Shown: positions 30,652-40,122 of the stretch, piece after piece
How the letters are laid out: every line of letters starts with the position of its first letter
How positions within the stretch are numbered: the first letter of the stretch is position 1
Assembly (NCBI GenBank): GCA_000165345.1
Contig: CM000434.1
Location: forward strand, 1,184,001-1,248,000
Direction of reading: 5' to 3'
DNA: 64,000 bases
Program-made: the position numbers and the translations under genes
The notes under the pieces: generated by a model
The model's input: the letters and a program-made list of their open reading frames with translations, nothing else
Database searches by the model: none
Told to the model about the DNA's origin: nothing

Positions 30652-32046
30652 ATGGAGGAGTTGAGAACAAATATAGAAGATTGTTTTGACACTTCCAAAA
30701 TTTTCAAGAGCTATAAATTGCCGTTTATTAAAGTAAAAATAAATAATTGTAACTATGTACAAAATTTGTTGAAAGAAAATGATATTCTTTTCAAGTTCCC
30801 AAGAGTATCTCCAATTATTAATGATGAAAAGAATAAGGAAAACAAATTAATTTTAATGGGTGAGGATTTATTACGGAATTACTACAAAGTTAGTGATAAA
30901 AGAATGAAATTAGAGGACAGGTCGAATTCAGAATTAGAATCAAATGGAGATTATATTATAGAATTATCAGATGATTTCTTTATAAAAATTCCAAGAAATG
31001 TATTTATTGGCTTAAATTCAATAGATTTTGCAGAATATGGAATAATGGATTTTAAGATAGAATATAAGTATCTTTCATATATTGAATGTGCTAGACAATG
31101 TATTCCAAATAACATTGAGATAGTATCAAGTTTTGAGACAATTGGACATATAGCTCATTTAAATTTGAATGAGGATAACTTCCAATATAGATATATTTTA
31201 GGAAAGATTTTATTAGATAAGAATCCAGGGATAAAAACGGTAGTAACGAAAACAGGAAATATTGAGAGTACATTTAGAACTTATCCTTTGGAGGTAATTG
31301 GTGGAGAAAATAATTTAAAGGCAAGACTTAAGGAACAGGGCATAATTTATAATATTAATATTGACCAGGTTTACTGGAATTCTAGACTTTCTAATGAGAG
31401 ACAAAGAATTGTTGAGCTGATTCCAAGAAAATCAATAGTCTTCGATTTAACTTGTGGAGCAGGAGCATTTACTCTTCCTCTAATAAAGATTAAGGATTGT
31501 ACTTTATTTTCTAATGATTTAAATCCAGATGCAATAAAATTATTAAAGGAAAATATGATCTCAAATAAACTCAAAGATGATAAGGTAATAACTTCACAAA
31601 AAGATTGTATTGAATGTATTCATGAAATTTTGAATAGAAATTTAGACCCAGAAAAGATCTTTAAGATTGAGAAGAATGCTCTAAATTTAATTTCTCATGA
31701 AAACGATGTATTTTACTGGATTTGCAATCTTCCTGAACTTTCCCTTAATATGTTAAAAGGATTTGTACAAGGGAAAAAAACTTATCTAGAAAAAAAAATT
31801 CAAGAAAACTCCTCTTTTAGAAACACAATGAACCATTTTTTCTTTTATTGCTTTTCAAAAGATCCCAATCCAAAAAAAGATATTGAAACTAGGATCTTTA
31901 CTTTCCTAGAATCGGATCCAACTACTATAAATTCAGAATATTTCTCTCCAATCAATCTTTCTATTCATGAAGTTAGAGATGTTTCCCCTAATAAAAAAAT
32001 GTATTGTGCTCAATTCTCCATGGTTATCCCTATTCAAGTAAATTAA
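30652..32046 (+). CDS. TRM5: tRNA (guanine37-N1)-methyltransferase Trm5/TRMT5
   Basis: SAM-MTase motifs typical of Trm5: VFDLTCGAGAFTLP (motif I), FSNDLNPDAIKLLKEN (the NDLNP catalytic motif), and the upstream D1/D2 region. Confidence 0.8.
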   Translation: MEELRTNIEDCFDTSKIFKSYKLPFIKVKINNCNYVQNLLKENDILFKFPRVSPIINDEKNKENKLILMGEDLLRNYYKVSDKRMKLEDRSNSELESNGDYIIELSDDFFIKIPRNVFIGLNSIDFAEYGIMDFKIEYKYLSYIECARQCIPNNIEIVSSFETIGHIAHLNLNEDNFQYRYILGKILLDKNPGIKTVVTKTGNIESTFRTYPLEVIGGENNLKARLKEQGIIYNINIDQVYWNSRLSNERQRIVELIPRKSIVFDLTCGAGAFTLPLIKIKDCTLFSNDLNPDAIKLLKENMISNKLKDDKVITSQKDCIECIHEILNRNLDPEKIFKIEKNALNLISHENDVFYWICNLPELSLNMLKGFVQGKKTYLEKKIQENSSFRNTMNHFFFYCFSKDPNPKKDIETRIFTFLESDPTTINSEYFSPINLSIHEVRDVSPNKKMYCAQFSMVIPIQVN

Positions 32047-32086
32047 ATTGTATAAGATTCTTACTAATGCCATTAACTGCATTTCA

Positions 32087-32135
32087 GGCGCCATTAAGAG
32101 GCGCCATGTGTGTAATCATGTAATACCGGTATACG
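32087..32135. promoter_or_regulatory. GGCGCCATTAAGAGGCGCCATGTGTGTAATCATGTAATACCGGTATAC: two GGCGCC copies (32087-32092, 32100-32105) plus ATACCGGTATAC (32124-32135)
   Basis: Located between the Trm5 stop and the lectin gene ATG (32444). Confidence 0.55.
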
Positions 32136-32443
32136 AGACAGGTATCAATGAATAGATATTTAAAATGATAAAAAAAAGAAAAAGAATTTAGAAATTTTTT
32201 AGTTGGTGGTGGGGTAAAGTTTTACAGAAAATTAACCGTAGAAAAAATTCGAGAAATTCTTGAATTTATCAAAATTGAGATTTGGCGAATAAAGGTATAT
32301 ATGGGAATTGAGGTTTTATGAATCTCTGAAATAACCTAGAATAGAGAGAAGATTTAATATAAAGCTTTAAAAGGGTTTTCTTTTCTTATCTTTGAAATTA
32401 TTTGTATTTTTTTTAAAATAATTTTTATTAAATTTCAAGACAT

Positions 32444-33865
32444 TTGGTATTTACTATGGTTGTGAGAATACTTTACTTCTTGATTATATGTATCTGGAAT
32501 GTGAATATTGGATTTGGTCATAATGATGACCCTGCATCTGCAGCTCATCCTTCTCATGATAGTATTAAACAACAAAAAGTTGACAGAATAGTTATGATGA
32601 GACATTCATTTGAATCTCCTTTAACTCTCGATACAACTCTTTCTGAATGGGATTTAGCTATGGCGACAATTCCTGTTAGAAAAAGCGTGGTATTAGTTCC
32701 TGGTGTTAAGAACCGAACTGGTCAATTTTGGAATAAATCTCCACTCAATACTTCTCATTTTGAAATCACTTTCACTTTTGAAGTTGTTGGTACTCCAAAT
32801 AGTTCACAAGAAGGAGAGGGCTTTGCTTTTTGGTTTGTAAGCGAAGCTTATGGATCAATTTATCCAAAATCAAATGAAGATCTTGAATTATGGAATCTTT
32901 TAGGTTACAAAAACGCCCCAAAAGGTTTGGGAGTTATGTTTTCCTTCCTAGATCGTAATAACAAAAAGAATCCTTCTATCTCACTTCTTCTTTCAGATGG
33001 AGAGAAAACATTTTCTTCACATACTGATATCCCTACACATCTGGGAGTATATTACAACTTTATAAATTCAGAAGGTCCTACAACATTCAAACTTTATGTT
33101 TCTCCAGAAACAGGAATTATTGGTCAAATAAGAACTTCTCCGACTTCAAAGTGGATTGATTGCTTTAAATCAGATGCAAAATCAATTCCCTCTTCTATCA
33201 AGAATGGTGGTTTTATTGGTTTTTCTTCATATACTGGTCCTGAAGTTCCAAATCAACCAAAAGTTGCTGATCGAATTTCCATAATTTCTTTGAATGTTTA
33301 CAATTTGGACCTAACTAGAGCTGGAGAAGAGATTCCAGATTCACTTAAACATGATTCCAATACTGAACAAGTTGAAGTCACTGACTTGTTGAGAGATACT
33401 CACGTACATGGGGACAAAGATGTTGCTGAAGCTCTCAAAGCATTTTCACAAATTCTATACAAACATATTACAGAAGCAACTCCAAGAGAACAAGCAATTC
33501 ATAGAACTTTGAATTCACTACTTTCTCAGGTCCAAAAACTTACTACTGAGATTAAGGAGGTGCAACGCATTCTTTCAATTAATTCAGGAACAAACCACAG
33601 TGAGACCTTAAACACTGTCCAAACAGAAATTGTTGGACTTAAGACATTATTTGATAGACATTCAAAATATCAAACTAATACACTTATTGGGTTGGAAGAT
33701 ACCTTAAAGAATAAAGAGGATGTAGCATCCCAAGTACATAAAGCAATTAAAAGCCAGTCTTCTACGACTTCCATTGTATCTATTGCATTAATTATCATTA
33801 TCGTAGTTTTTGGACTGGTTGTATGGAAGAAAGTTAAGGATATTGAGAAGAAACATCTCTTATAA
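32444..33865 (+). CDS. L-type (legume-like) lectin cargo receptor, ERGIC-53/VIP36/Emp47-like; signal peptide, lectin domain, coiled coil, C-terminal TM
   Basis: The signal peptide is MVVRILYFLIICIWNVNIG. The lectin-domain blocks GEGFAFWFVSEA, LGVMFSFLDRNNKKNPSISLLL and GGFIGFSSYTG parallel ERGIC-53 (ADGLAIWYAE, VGIFFDSFDNDGKKNNPAIVII, GHFGISAATGG). The C-terminal TM is IVSIALIIIIVVFGLVVW. Confidence 0.8.
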   Translation: MVFTMVVRILYFLIICIWNVNIGFGHNDDPASAAHPSHDSIKQQKVDRIVMMRHSFESPLTLDTTLSEWDLAMATIPVRKSVVLVPGVKNRTGQFWNKSPLNTSHFEITFTFEVVGTPNSSQEGEGFAFWFVSEAYGSIYPKSNEDLELWNLLGYKNAPKGLGVMFSFLDRNNKKNPSISLLLSDGEKTFSSHTDIPTHLGVYYNFINSEGPTTFKLYVSPETGIIGQIRTSPTSKWIDCFKSDAKSIPSSIKNGGFIGFSSYTGPEVPNQPKVADRISIISLNVYNLDLTRAGEEIPDSLKHDSNTEQVEVTDLLRDTHVHGDKDVAEALKAFSQILYKHITEATPREQAIHRTLNSLLSQVQKLTTEIKEVQRILSINSGTNHSETLNTVQTEIVGLKTLFDRHSKYQTNTLIGLEDTLKNKEDVASQVHKAIKSQSSTTSIVSIALIIIIVVFGLVVWKKVKDIEKKHLL

Positions 33866-33954
33866 TTATAAAGCTATTCTTAAAGAGTATTTCATTATAG
33901 TTTATATTTCAGATTTTTTCCTGATTTTAATATATCTTTTTTGAGTTTAATCTT

Positions 33955-35334
33955 TTATTCATTAATCTCAGAATGGGATTCAGATTCTTCATGTTTACAT
34001 TTTATACCCAAACTTGATAACTTGTTTATTAGTGTAGTGAAAAAGTTTGGATCTGGAAATCCGTGTAAAGCTGGCCCTCCACAAGTTGAAATCTTATGTG
34101 GAATATTGCCCCATTGAACAATTTCCATAGATGATCCTGTTGAAGGATTAGTAATACTGTTCACTTTGAATGTATGGCCAAGTTGGAAAGCTTTAGCAAG
34201 TCCATCAAGCATTATGAGACCTTTTTTATTAAATGGTAAATATGCAATTTTGTATGTTCCTGTATATAACTTATTTGGACTTGGATGTCTCTGATTTTGG
34301 ATACCACTTGGAATAAAATATTCAATTTCAATCACATTTGTATTAGGATAACTTTCTATCTCAATATTTCCAGATTTATAAACAATATATCTCATTTTCC
34401 CAGGAGGTGAATTTCCTCTTCCAAAGCATTGTGGAGTCATACAAAGTGGGCATAACAAAGCTGTTTTGTTATTCAGATGACTTATCATATCATTTAAACA
34501 CTCTGAATGGAAAACATGCGAACATTTATTCAGCTTGACTAAATCCCTATTCAGAGCATCCAAACATAAACAACAATCATCATCCACTTGTGCTTGTTCT
34601 AGTAACTTGGATACAGTAAAGTCAATTTCTTGCTTAGTGAATGCATTAGAGTATCCTTCACAATTAAATTCTCCAGTCTCAACAATTATTGAAAGTGCAT
34701 CTTGGATTTGAGGTTTACTAGTATCAGTAAATTCCCATTCCAAATTAAAATCATTTTCCTTATCTGAATCTTGAGAATTGTCAGTAACTTCGTATTCTAC
34801 CTTCTTTAAATATCTTCTATAAATCTTTCTTTCTTTTCCAGTAATTCTATTCACTTGAACACATTCTATTGGGTAGATATCATACTGGTTCCAAACAACG
34901 CACTCTCCAGATTTTGGTCTTTTAACCAATTCATTATTAATAGCTGGTTGTAGGGCGTCAGAACCTTTGCATGATTTCTGACAATTATTATGACTATGAT
35001 GACTATTCTCATCATTTTGCGATTCTTTATAAAGGTTCCATTGAATATGCAGATAAAATCTCTCAATTTGAGCAGATACATTTGGTTGGTAAAGGTTTAA
35101 CTGATCATCATTATCTGTCCAGAACCATACAGCTGAAGAAATATCTCTACTTATCCTTCTGTGACGTTGAGTAATGAAGTTAAATTGGTAAAAGTGCCGG
35201 AGATTAAGTAGAAATGGTATTCCTCCAACATTGATGATTATGTTAACTTCTTTTTTTCTCCATGATTTCTCAATAACAGCAGAGTTTTCCAAAGAATAAT
35301 AAACCCATCCTTCATCTGACCACCAACGCCACAT
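33955..35334 (-). CDS. Deltex-like E3 ubiquitin ligase: two WWE domains, RING-H2, Deltex C-terminal (DTC) domain
   Basis: WWE 1 is WRWWSDEGWVYYSLENSAVIEKSW...QRHRRISR. WWE 2 is VWFWTDNDDQLNLYQPNVSAQIERFY. The RING is CCLCLD...CSHVFHSEC...CPLC. The DTC matches human DTX1 closely: SPPGKM against QPPGKM; YFIPSGIQNQRHPSPNK against YDIPTGIQGPEHPNPGK; AYLPFNKKGLIMLDGLAKAF against CYLPNNEKGRKVLRLLITAW; IVQWGNIPHKIS...HGFPDPNFFTTLINKL against VVWNEIHHKTEF...HGYPDASYLDNVLAEL. Confidence 0.85.
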   Translation of the reverse strand: MWRWWSDEGWVYYSLENSAVIEKSWRKKEVNIIINVGGIPFLLNLRHFYQFNFITQRHRRISRDISSAVWFWTDNDDQLNLYQPNVSAQIERFYLHIQWNLYKESQNDENSHHSHNNCQKSCKGSDALQPAINNELVKRPKSGECVVWNQYDIYPIECVQVNRITGKERKIYRRYLKKVEYEVTDNSQDSDKENDFNLEWEFTDTSKPQIQDALSIIVETGEFNCEGYSNAFTKQEIDFTVSKLLEQAQVDDDCCLCLDALNRDLVKLNKCSHVFHSECLNDMISHLNNKTALLCPLCMTPQCFGRGNSPPGKMRYIVYKSGNIEIESYPNTNVIEIEYFIPSGIQNQRHPSPNKLYTGTYKIAYLPFNKKGLIMLDGLAKAFQLGHTFKVNSITNPSTGSSMEIVQWGNIPHKISTCGGPALHGFPDPNFFTTLINKLSSLGIKCKHEESESHSEINE

Positions 35335-35806
35335 CCTTGATAAAGTTCATGCGATTTCCACCTCTGAGATATTCTTGATTAATTAGCTATTCTGCTAATT
35401 TTTTTAAGAAAATGTAAGATAATCTTTTCTCACATTCCAGCATAAATATGTGGGATTTTTCTTTGTAAATTCTATAAAAAGACTCTCCACAAACGACTTT
35501 TACTCTTAAAATAAGAAAAAGAAAAACCTCACTAATAGTCCATTTTTTACATTTGAGAAATTTTCCACACTATTTTTGCTGACATTTTTACATTTTAAAA
35601 TGTTTACAAATTTACTTCTTCAAACGTTTTCAAAGAAAAAACAATATGATTTGGTCTTTTAGAAACTTATGCAGGAGTTTATTCTTATTTTATCACTTCA
35701 AAAATTCCCATAAATCTCCAAATTACACAAATTTTCTCTCATTTTTACATCTTCACCTTTTTGACTGTTTTGCAAATTAAACTCCCCACACTGTATGACT
35801 ATTATT

Positions 35807-35848
35807 GGGCGCCTAAAACACTTGCAAAGTGGTTGCATGCATGCATGC
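35807..35848. promoter_or_regulatory. GGGCGCCTAAAACACTTGCAAAGTGGTTGCATGCATGCATGCAA: GGCGCC plus (GCAT)3GC
   Basis: Divergent spacer between the Deltex-like gene (ATG 35334, minus) and the CKK-domain gene (ATG 36015, plus). Confidence 0.55.
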
Positions 35849-36014
35849 AAAGTTTGTAAATTGTCAATTACGTGGAGGCATAGCAAAAAAGTAGTGTAAA
35901 TATATTGAAAAGGTATCACAAAAAAAGATTTTTTTGTAAAGATTGTAGTAATCTTAATTTATTATTTTTTTTTAAATAAAGTTTGTTTAGGACCATTATT
36001 TAAAGAAAGTTAGT

Positions 36015-37046
36015 ATGGCAAGTATGAGCAGACATTACAACAATATATCAGAACTTCCATATATTGATTTAGATAGAATTGAAGAGTTGAGAAGACAGAA
36101 TGATAGATGCTGCTGCAATTCCAGAGGGGAGAAGTTATACCAAAGAAATTGCATGGATTATCAATACTCGAAAAGAGAAGGTTGTATAAGAGAAAGGAGA
36201 GGATATTGTGATTTTGAGTTGGATGAACTTAGAGAAGATGATGGATGTATTCATGGAATAAGATTCTATAAAGACTCGAATTTGGATCAAAATTACGATT
36301 TGGGATTTGAAAAAAATTGTAATAGACTTCCAATCTTACACTCAAATTGTAAATTAAGAACAATGAACGATAGTAACTACTATTCTAACAATGGTAATAA
36401 TTGCATATATTGCAATGCTAGTCTAGAAAGAACTTCAAATACCAGAGAACGGGATTTTTTTAATGGACAGGATAGAAGAGTGCATTCTTATAGTAAACAG
36501 TGTTTATCAGAAGATTCAGATACTAATGATTACAAAGATATAGGACAAGAATATAATTCAGATTATGAATATAGAAGAGGCCAAAACGTCTCAAGAAACA
36601 ACTGTGAAAGACAGTTTTCAGATGAGTATTCAGATTTATCAGAGGATATGGAAGTGGTTATCAAAAGAAATAATAGAAATGTAATATCTCTAGCATTAAA
36701 TTGGATCAGTCTTTCAGGAGAACACAATAAAAAAATTAGAAAGTTTGTAATGGATTCAATGAACTCTATTGAGTTAAAAGATTTAAATCACTTTATAATT
36801 TTATTCCAGTACGATGATCATAAAGGTATACGCGGACTTTACTCATTTTTCCAGAAAGAAAACAATTGGCAATGTGTAGTTGAAATTGTACCAAATTGTC
36901 CAAAAGTTATACGCAAAGAAATGGTGCATACATTGTATAAGTTTGACACTAGTCAGAAACTATTCAAGCCTATAAATAGATCAAAAAAGATTACAGATAT
37001 TGTTGATGGATTAAGTATAAAGAATGAATATTTAAGTACTCAATAA
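36015..37046 (+). CDS. CKK-domain protein (CAMSAP/Patronin-type microtubule minus-end binding domain) with Cys-rich N-terminal half
   Basis: C-terminal NHFIILFQYDDHKGIRGLYSFFQKENNWQCVVEIVPNCPKVIRKEMVHTLYKFDTSQKLFKPINRSKKITDIVDGLSI parallels the CAMSAP CKK sequence NHFLILFRDSSCQFRALYTLSGETEELSRLAGYGPRTVTPAMVEGIYKYNSDRKRFTQIPAKTMSMSVDAFTI. Confidence 0.7.
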   Translation: MASMSRHYNNISELPYIDLDRIEELRRQNDRCCCNSRGEKLYQRNCMDYQYSKREGCIRERRGYCDFELDELREDDGCIHGIRFYKDSNLDQNYDLGFEKNCNRLPILHSNCKLRTMNDSNYYSNNGNNCIYCNASLERTSNTRERDFFNGQDRRVHSYSKQCLSEDSDTNDYKDIGQEYNSDYEYRRGQNVSRNNCERQFSDEYSDLSEDMEVVIKRNNRNVISLALNWISLSGEHNKKIRKFVMDSMNSIELKDLNHFIILFQYDDHKGIRGLYSFFQKENNWQCVVEIVPNCPKVIRKEMVHTLYKFDTSQKLFKPINRSKKITDIVDGLSIKNEYLSTQ

Positions 37047-37052
37047 TAAAGG

Positions 37053-39530
37053 CTAAACCATTAGCTTTAATTCCGACATTTGACTTTGGAACAAGTTATA
37101 GTTGGCCTGGACTCCTACAGTTCCTACAAGTCTTTCAGGATGCAATGCAGGAAGGCCAAGAATTTGTTCAATACTTGGAATTTGATCAATATTTGGATTC
37201 AACATGGCATTCAAAAGTTCCTTCACATGACTAGATAACTTTAAGTATAGGTTATCATTTTTTGATTCAAAGCTATAATATTCTCCAGTTAAGCAAAAGT
37301 ATAAAAGAACACCAATCATATAAATATGTATTTTTTCAAAAATGTCACAAAAGCGTCCAATGTCCATTAGTTTATTCTTAAGGAGCTTAATGTTATCTAT
37401 ATTAAATATATAACCGTCAGAATTAATGGTATCTTTAATAATTGGAGGAAAATAATTAACAATATCATCATTTTTTTGGCCTTGAGTAAAGCTACTACAT
37501 CGCATCAAGTTTGTTGGATATTTCTTCTTAAAAACAATATCGTCTTGTAGTGAGTCAACCTTCGAGTCTAAATCAATTAGATCCAATGGCCCTAATAATA
37601 AACAACTCTCTTCTTTTCTAATGTATACTCTACTTGCTTTTATTGGGAAAATAAAACTTTTCATTTTTTGTTTACCATTATCTTCTTTGAAGGAGGAGAA
37701 CAAAAAGAAAAGCCTTAGAAGAGACCTAATATACATTAAAGACGTGGACTCTCCAAGAACTCCATTTAAATTTATATATGAAAGGATATCATAGCATTCC
37801 ATATGAGGATAAATCTCAACAATTGTAGAGTTTAAAGACAAAGGAGTATACCATTCAAATATTCCAGAGCATAATACAATATCAGAGACTCCTTGATTCA
37901 TTTGCCTGTTCCTAATACTTTTCGAGTTTAACAAAGAATGGACATTACAATTTTGTTTGAGAAACGAAATAATTTCTAAAGGAACTTCTTTTTCTTTCAT
38001 TTGGCTAATTTGTGAGTTGAAGGCATTCTTAATAATTCTCAATCTTTCAAATGATTCTTGCATCACTACTTTCAACTTGTGAGTATTGGAGGAAATGGAT
38101 ACATTAGAAGAGAACATTGATTCCCTCTGGATTTCATTCTTTGCTGAAAAATCCAGTCTATATAGCTTCAGTACACAGGGAACTAGTTCAGTAAAGTCAA
38201 AAGCTGTCCAGCAGATACTCCTTCTTCCAATACCAATGGGATTTAGGAACATGTGGCGATTATTCACAGTAGAAGGAAAGTTCGAAAGAGGCGAAGATTC
38301 CAAAAGCTTTAGAATATTTGATAATTTAATCAGTAAATTCCTTTTTGTCTTTAAGGCTGACTCCTTTTCTTGAAGTTTATCACTAAGATACCTGGAAAGA
38401 ACTGACCTACAATGCAGACTAAGCTCACTATCGTCGTTAATCATCTTGTTTTCAAGATTCCGATAATTACTATATGATTCATCATCCTCAAAACCCATTT
38501 CATTAAAAGATGAAGAAAAGATGGAGTTATTATCTTGGCTATTCAAATGACTCCGTATTAACTTCCCTTGTAATTCTGCTATTTTATGATGCTGATTTAC
38601 CAAGTCCATTGCATCTGCTCCCATATACCAAGAAGTATTCTTAATATGAACAATCTCCTTATCTTGGCTCATTCCAACATCATCCATAGTTTGGATATCC
38701 GAAAATTTGTCTAATCTCGGAAATCCTACTTGAGAAGTCAAATAATTAATGCAAATGTGCAAAAGTTTTCTTTCTGAGATCGTTAGTTGTCTAAGTCTTG
38801 GTTTAAGAAGGCGAATACCTCTCTCAAGCTCATTTTCTATTGAAAGTTGAAGTTCAATATTAATCTTCATCTCTTGTTCAAGACAATCTATTTGGTTCAT
38901 ACAATCTTGCCAATTTTCCATGAAAGCATTAAAATCTTCTTCATTTACCTGCTCAATCAACTCCTGAGATAACTCTACTGTTTCATAAAGCTTCGATGAA
39001 GCTGGCTGGGTATTTGCAAAGAATATTGGACTCTCAAAGTTGTCAGTTAATCCAATAGGACAAGATCCTGTTGCATTTGGTTCAGAAAACCGTCTTTCAA
39101 ACATTTCAAACTTTTCTGGATTAATCTTTGACCAAAGCATTCCTCTTAAACCTCTGAAATCAATTGGATCTGGGGCTTCACCCCTTTGGCTATCTAATTC
39201 ACCATTATTCATTTCAGAATCTTCTCCTAGACTGTCTTTTGATTGGAACTCTTGGCTTGCAGGACAAGCAACAATATCACCACATCGACACATTCCATTT
39301 TCAAAGTCATTACAGCATTCTCCTTTCAATTTCTTATGACTAATGGCTTCGAGAACTCTTGGCTCTCTAAAATTCTGTGGATAAATTAAAACACCAGGAA
39401 CTGGTCTATAACCCGTTCTTTTGGGGGCATTTCTAAGAAACAGCTTTCTTATATCTAACTGGTTGGATCTTTTTAGTTCATCTCCCAAACCAGAATCCTT
39501 ATTTTTTCTGGATCGCTTTCTTTTGCTCAT
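37053..39530 (-). CDS. Protein kinase-like protein (probable pseudokinase or atypical kinase) with basic N-terminus and Cys-knuckle
   Basis: The N-terminus has a KRKRSRK NLS-like stretch and CCNDFENGMCRCGDIVACP. The C-terminal region shows a recognisable kinase C-lobe (YMIGVLLYFCLTGEYYSFE; ELLNAMLNPNIDQIPSIEQIL). The catalytic motifs are degenerate (NIDNIKLLKN in place of HRDLKxxN; DIG in place of DFG). Confidence 0.55.
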   Translation of the reverse strand: MSKRKRSRKNKDSGLGDELKRSNQLDIRKLFLRNAPKRTGYRPVPGVLIYPQNFREPRVLEAISHKKLKGECCNDFENGMCRCGDIVACPASQEFQSKDSLGEDSEMNNGELDSQRGEAPDPIDFRGLRGMLWSKINPEKFEMFERRFSEPNATGSCPIGLTDNFESPIFFANTQPASSKLYETVELSQELIEQVNEEDFNAFMENWQDCMNQIDCLEQEMKINIELQLSIENELERGIRLLKPRLRQLTISERKLLHICINYLTSQVGFPRLDKFSDIQTMDDVGMSQDKEIVHIKNTSWYMGADAMDLVNQHHKIAELQGKLIRSHLNSQDNNSIFSSSFNEMGFEDDESYSNYRNLENKMINDDSELSLHCRSVLSRYLSDKLQEKESALKTKRNLLIKLSNILKLLESSPLSNFPSTVNNRHMFLNPIGIGRRSICWTAFDFTELVPCVLKLYRLDFSAKNEIQRESMFSSNVSISSNTHKLKVVMQESFERLRIIKNAFNSQISQMKEKEVPLEIISFLKQNCNVHSLLNSKSIRNRQMNQGVSDIVLCSGIFEWYTPLSLNSTIVEIYPHMECYDILSYINLNGVLGESTSLMYIRSLLRLFFLFSSFKEDNGKQKMKSFIFPIKASRVYIRKEESCLLLGPLDLIDLDSKVDSLQDDIVFKKKYPTNLMRCSSFTQGQKNDDIVNYFPPIIKDTINSDGYIFNIDNIKLLKNKLMDIGRFCDIFEKIHIYMIGVLLYFCLTGEYYSFESKNDNLYLKLSSHVKELLNAMLNPNIDQIPSIEQILGLPALHPERLVGTVGVQANYNLFQSQMSELKLMV

Positions 39531-39785
39531 ATATTCAATATTTTAATATAATTAATCCTATTTATTCTTCGGTTTAACTTAAATATACCCCACTATACAT
39601 ATTATTTCTCAATTTATACTCTTTCAAATTTACCTCGAGAAATCAAAATGGATCAAATTGCTCAATTCAAAAATTAAATTCGTCAAAGCTGGCAAATAAT
39701 CATCTTCTGTTTTCGAAATCTTAAAATATAAATTTCTAAACCCCTCTCACAATTAAAAAAAAGAACAAAAAAATTATAAAAGCTT

Positions 39786-39844
39786 TCCGGTACCCAAAGT
39801 CCGGTATATAAAGAGAAAAAAATGTAACACACTTTGGCGGTAAA
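39786..39844. promoter_or_regulatory. TTCCGGTACC ... GTCCGGTATATAAAG ... TTTGGCGGTAAA (CCGGTA elements x2, TATA-like, E2F-like TTTGGCGG)
   Basis: About 260-310 bp upstream of the ATG at 39530 (minus). Confidence 0.45.
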
Positions 39845-39921
39845 GTGTGGGGAAACGCTATTAAAAACAATATTAATAAAATGCAAAGGGAGAAAAAACA
39901 ATATAAACTGGTAATATTATT

Positions 39922-39939
39922 AAAAAAAAAAAAAAAAAA
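39922..39939. repeat. Poly(A)18 homopolymer
   Basis: Direct reading. Confidence 0.9.
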
Positions 39940-40122
39940 TGATTATAAACTTAAAATATGTAAATCCTAACCTTATGACAATATTTGAACTACTTTAGGT
40001 AACTTATCATTAATAGATGATACTTATATTTTCAACCATTGTAAATTCCTGATAGCTTTAACTTGTTTTAAAGAGCATAATATTGTTATTCATATTATTA
40101 TTTTGTAAATTTTATTCTGTTC

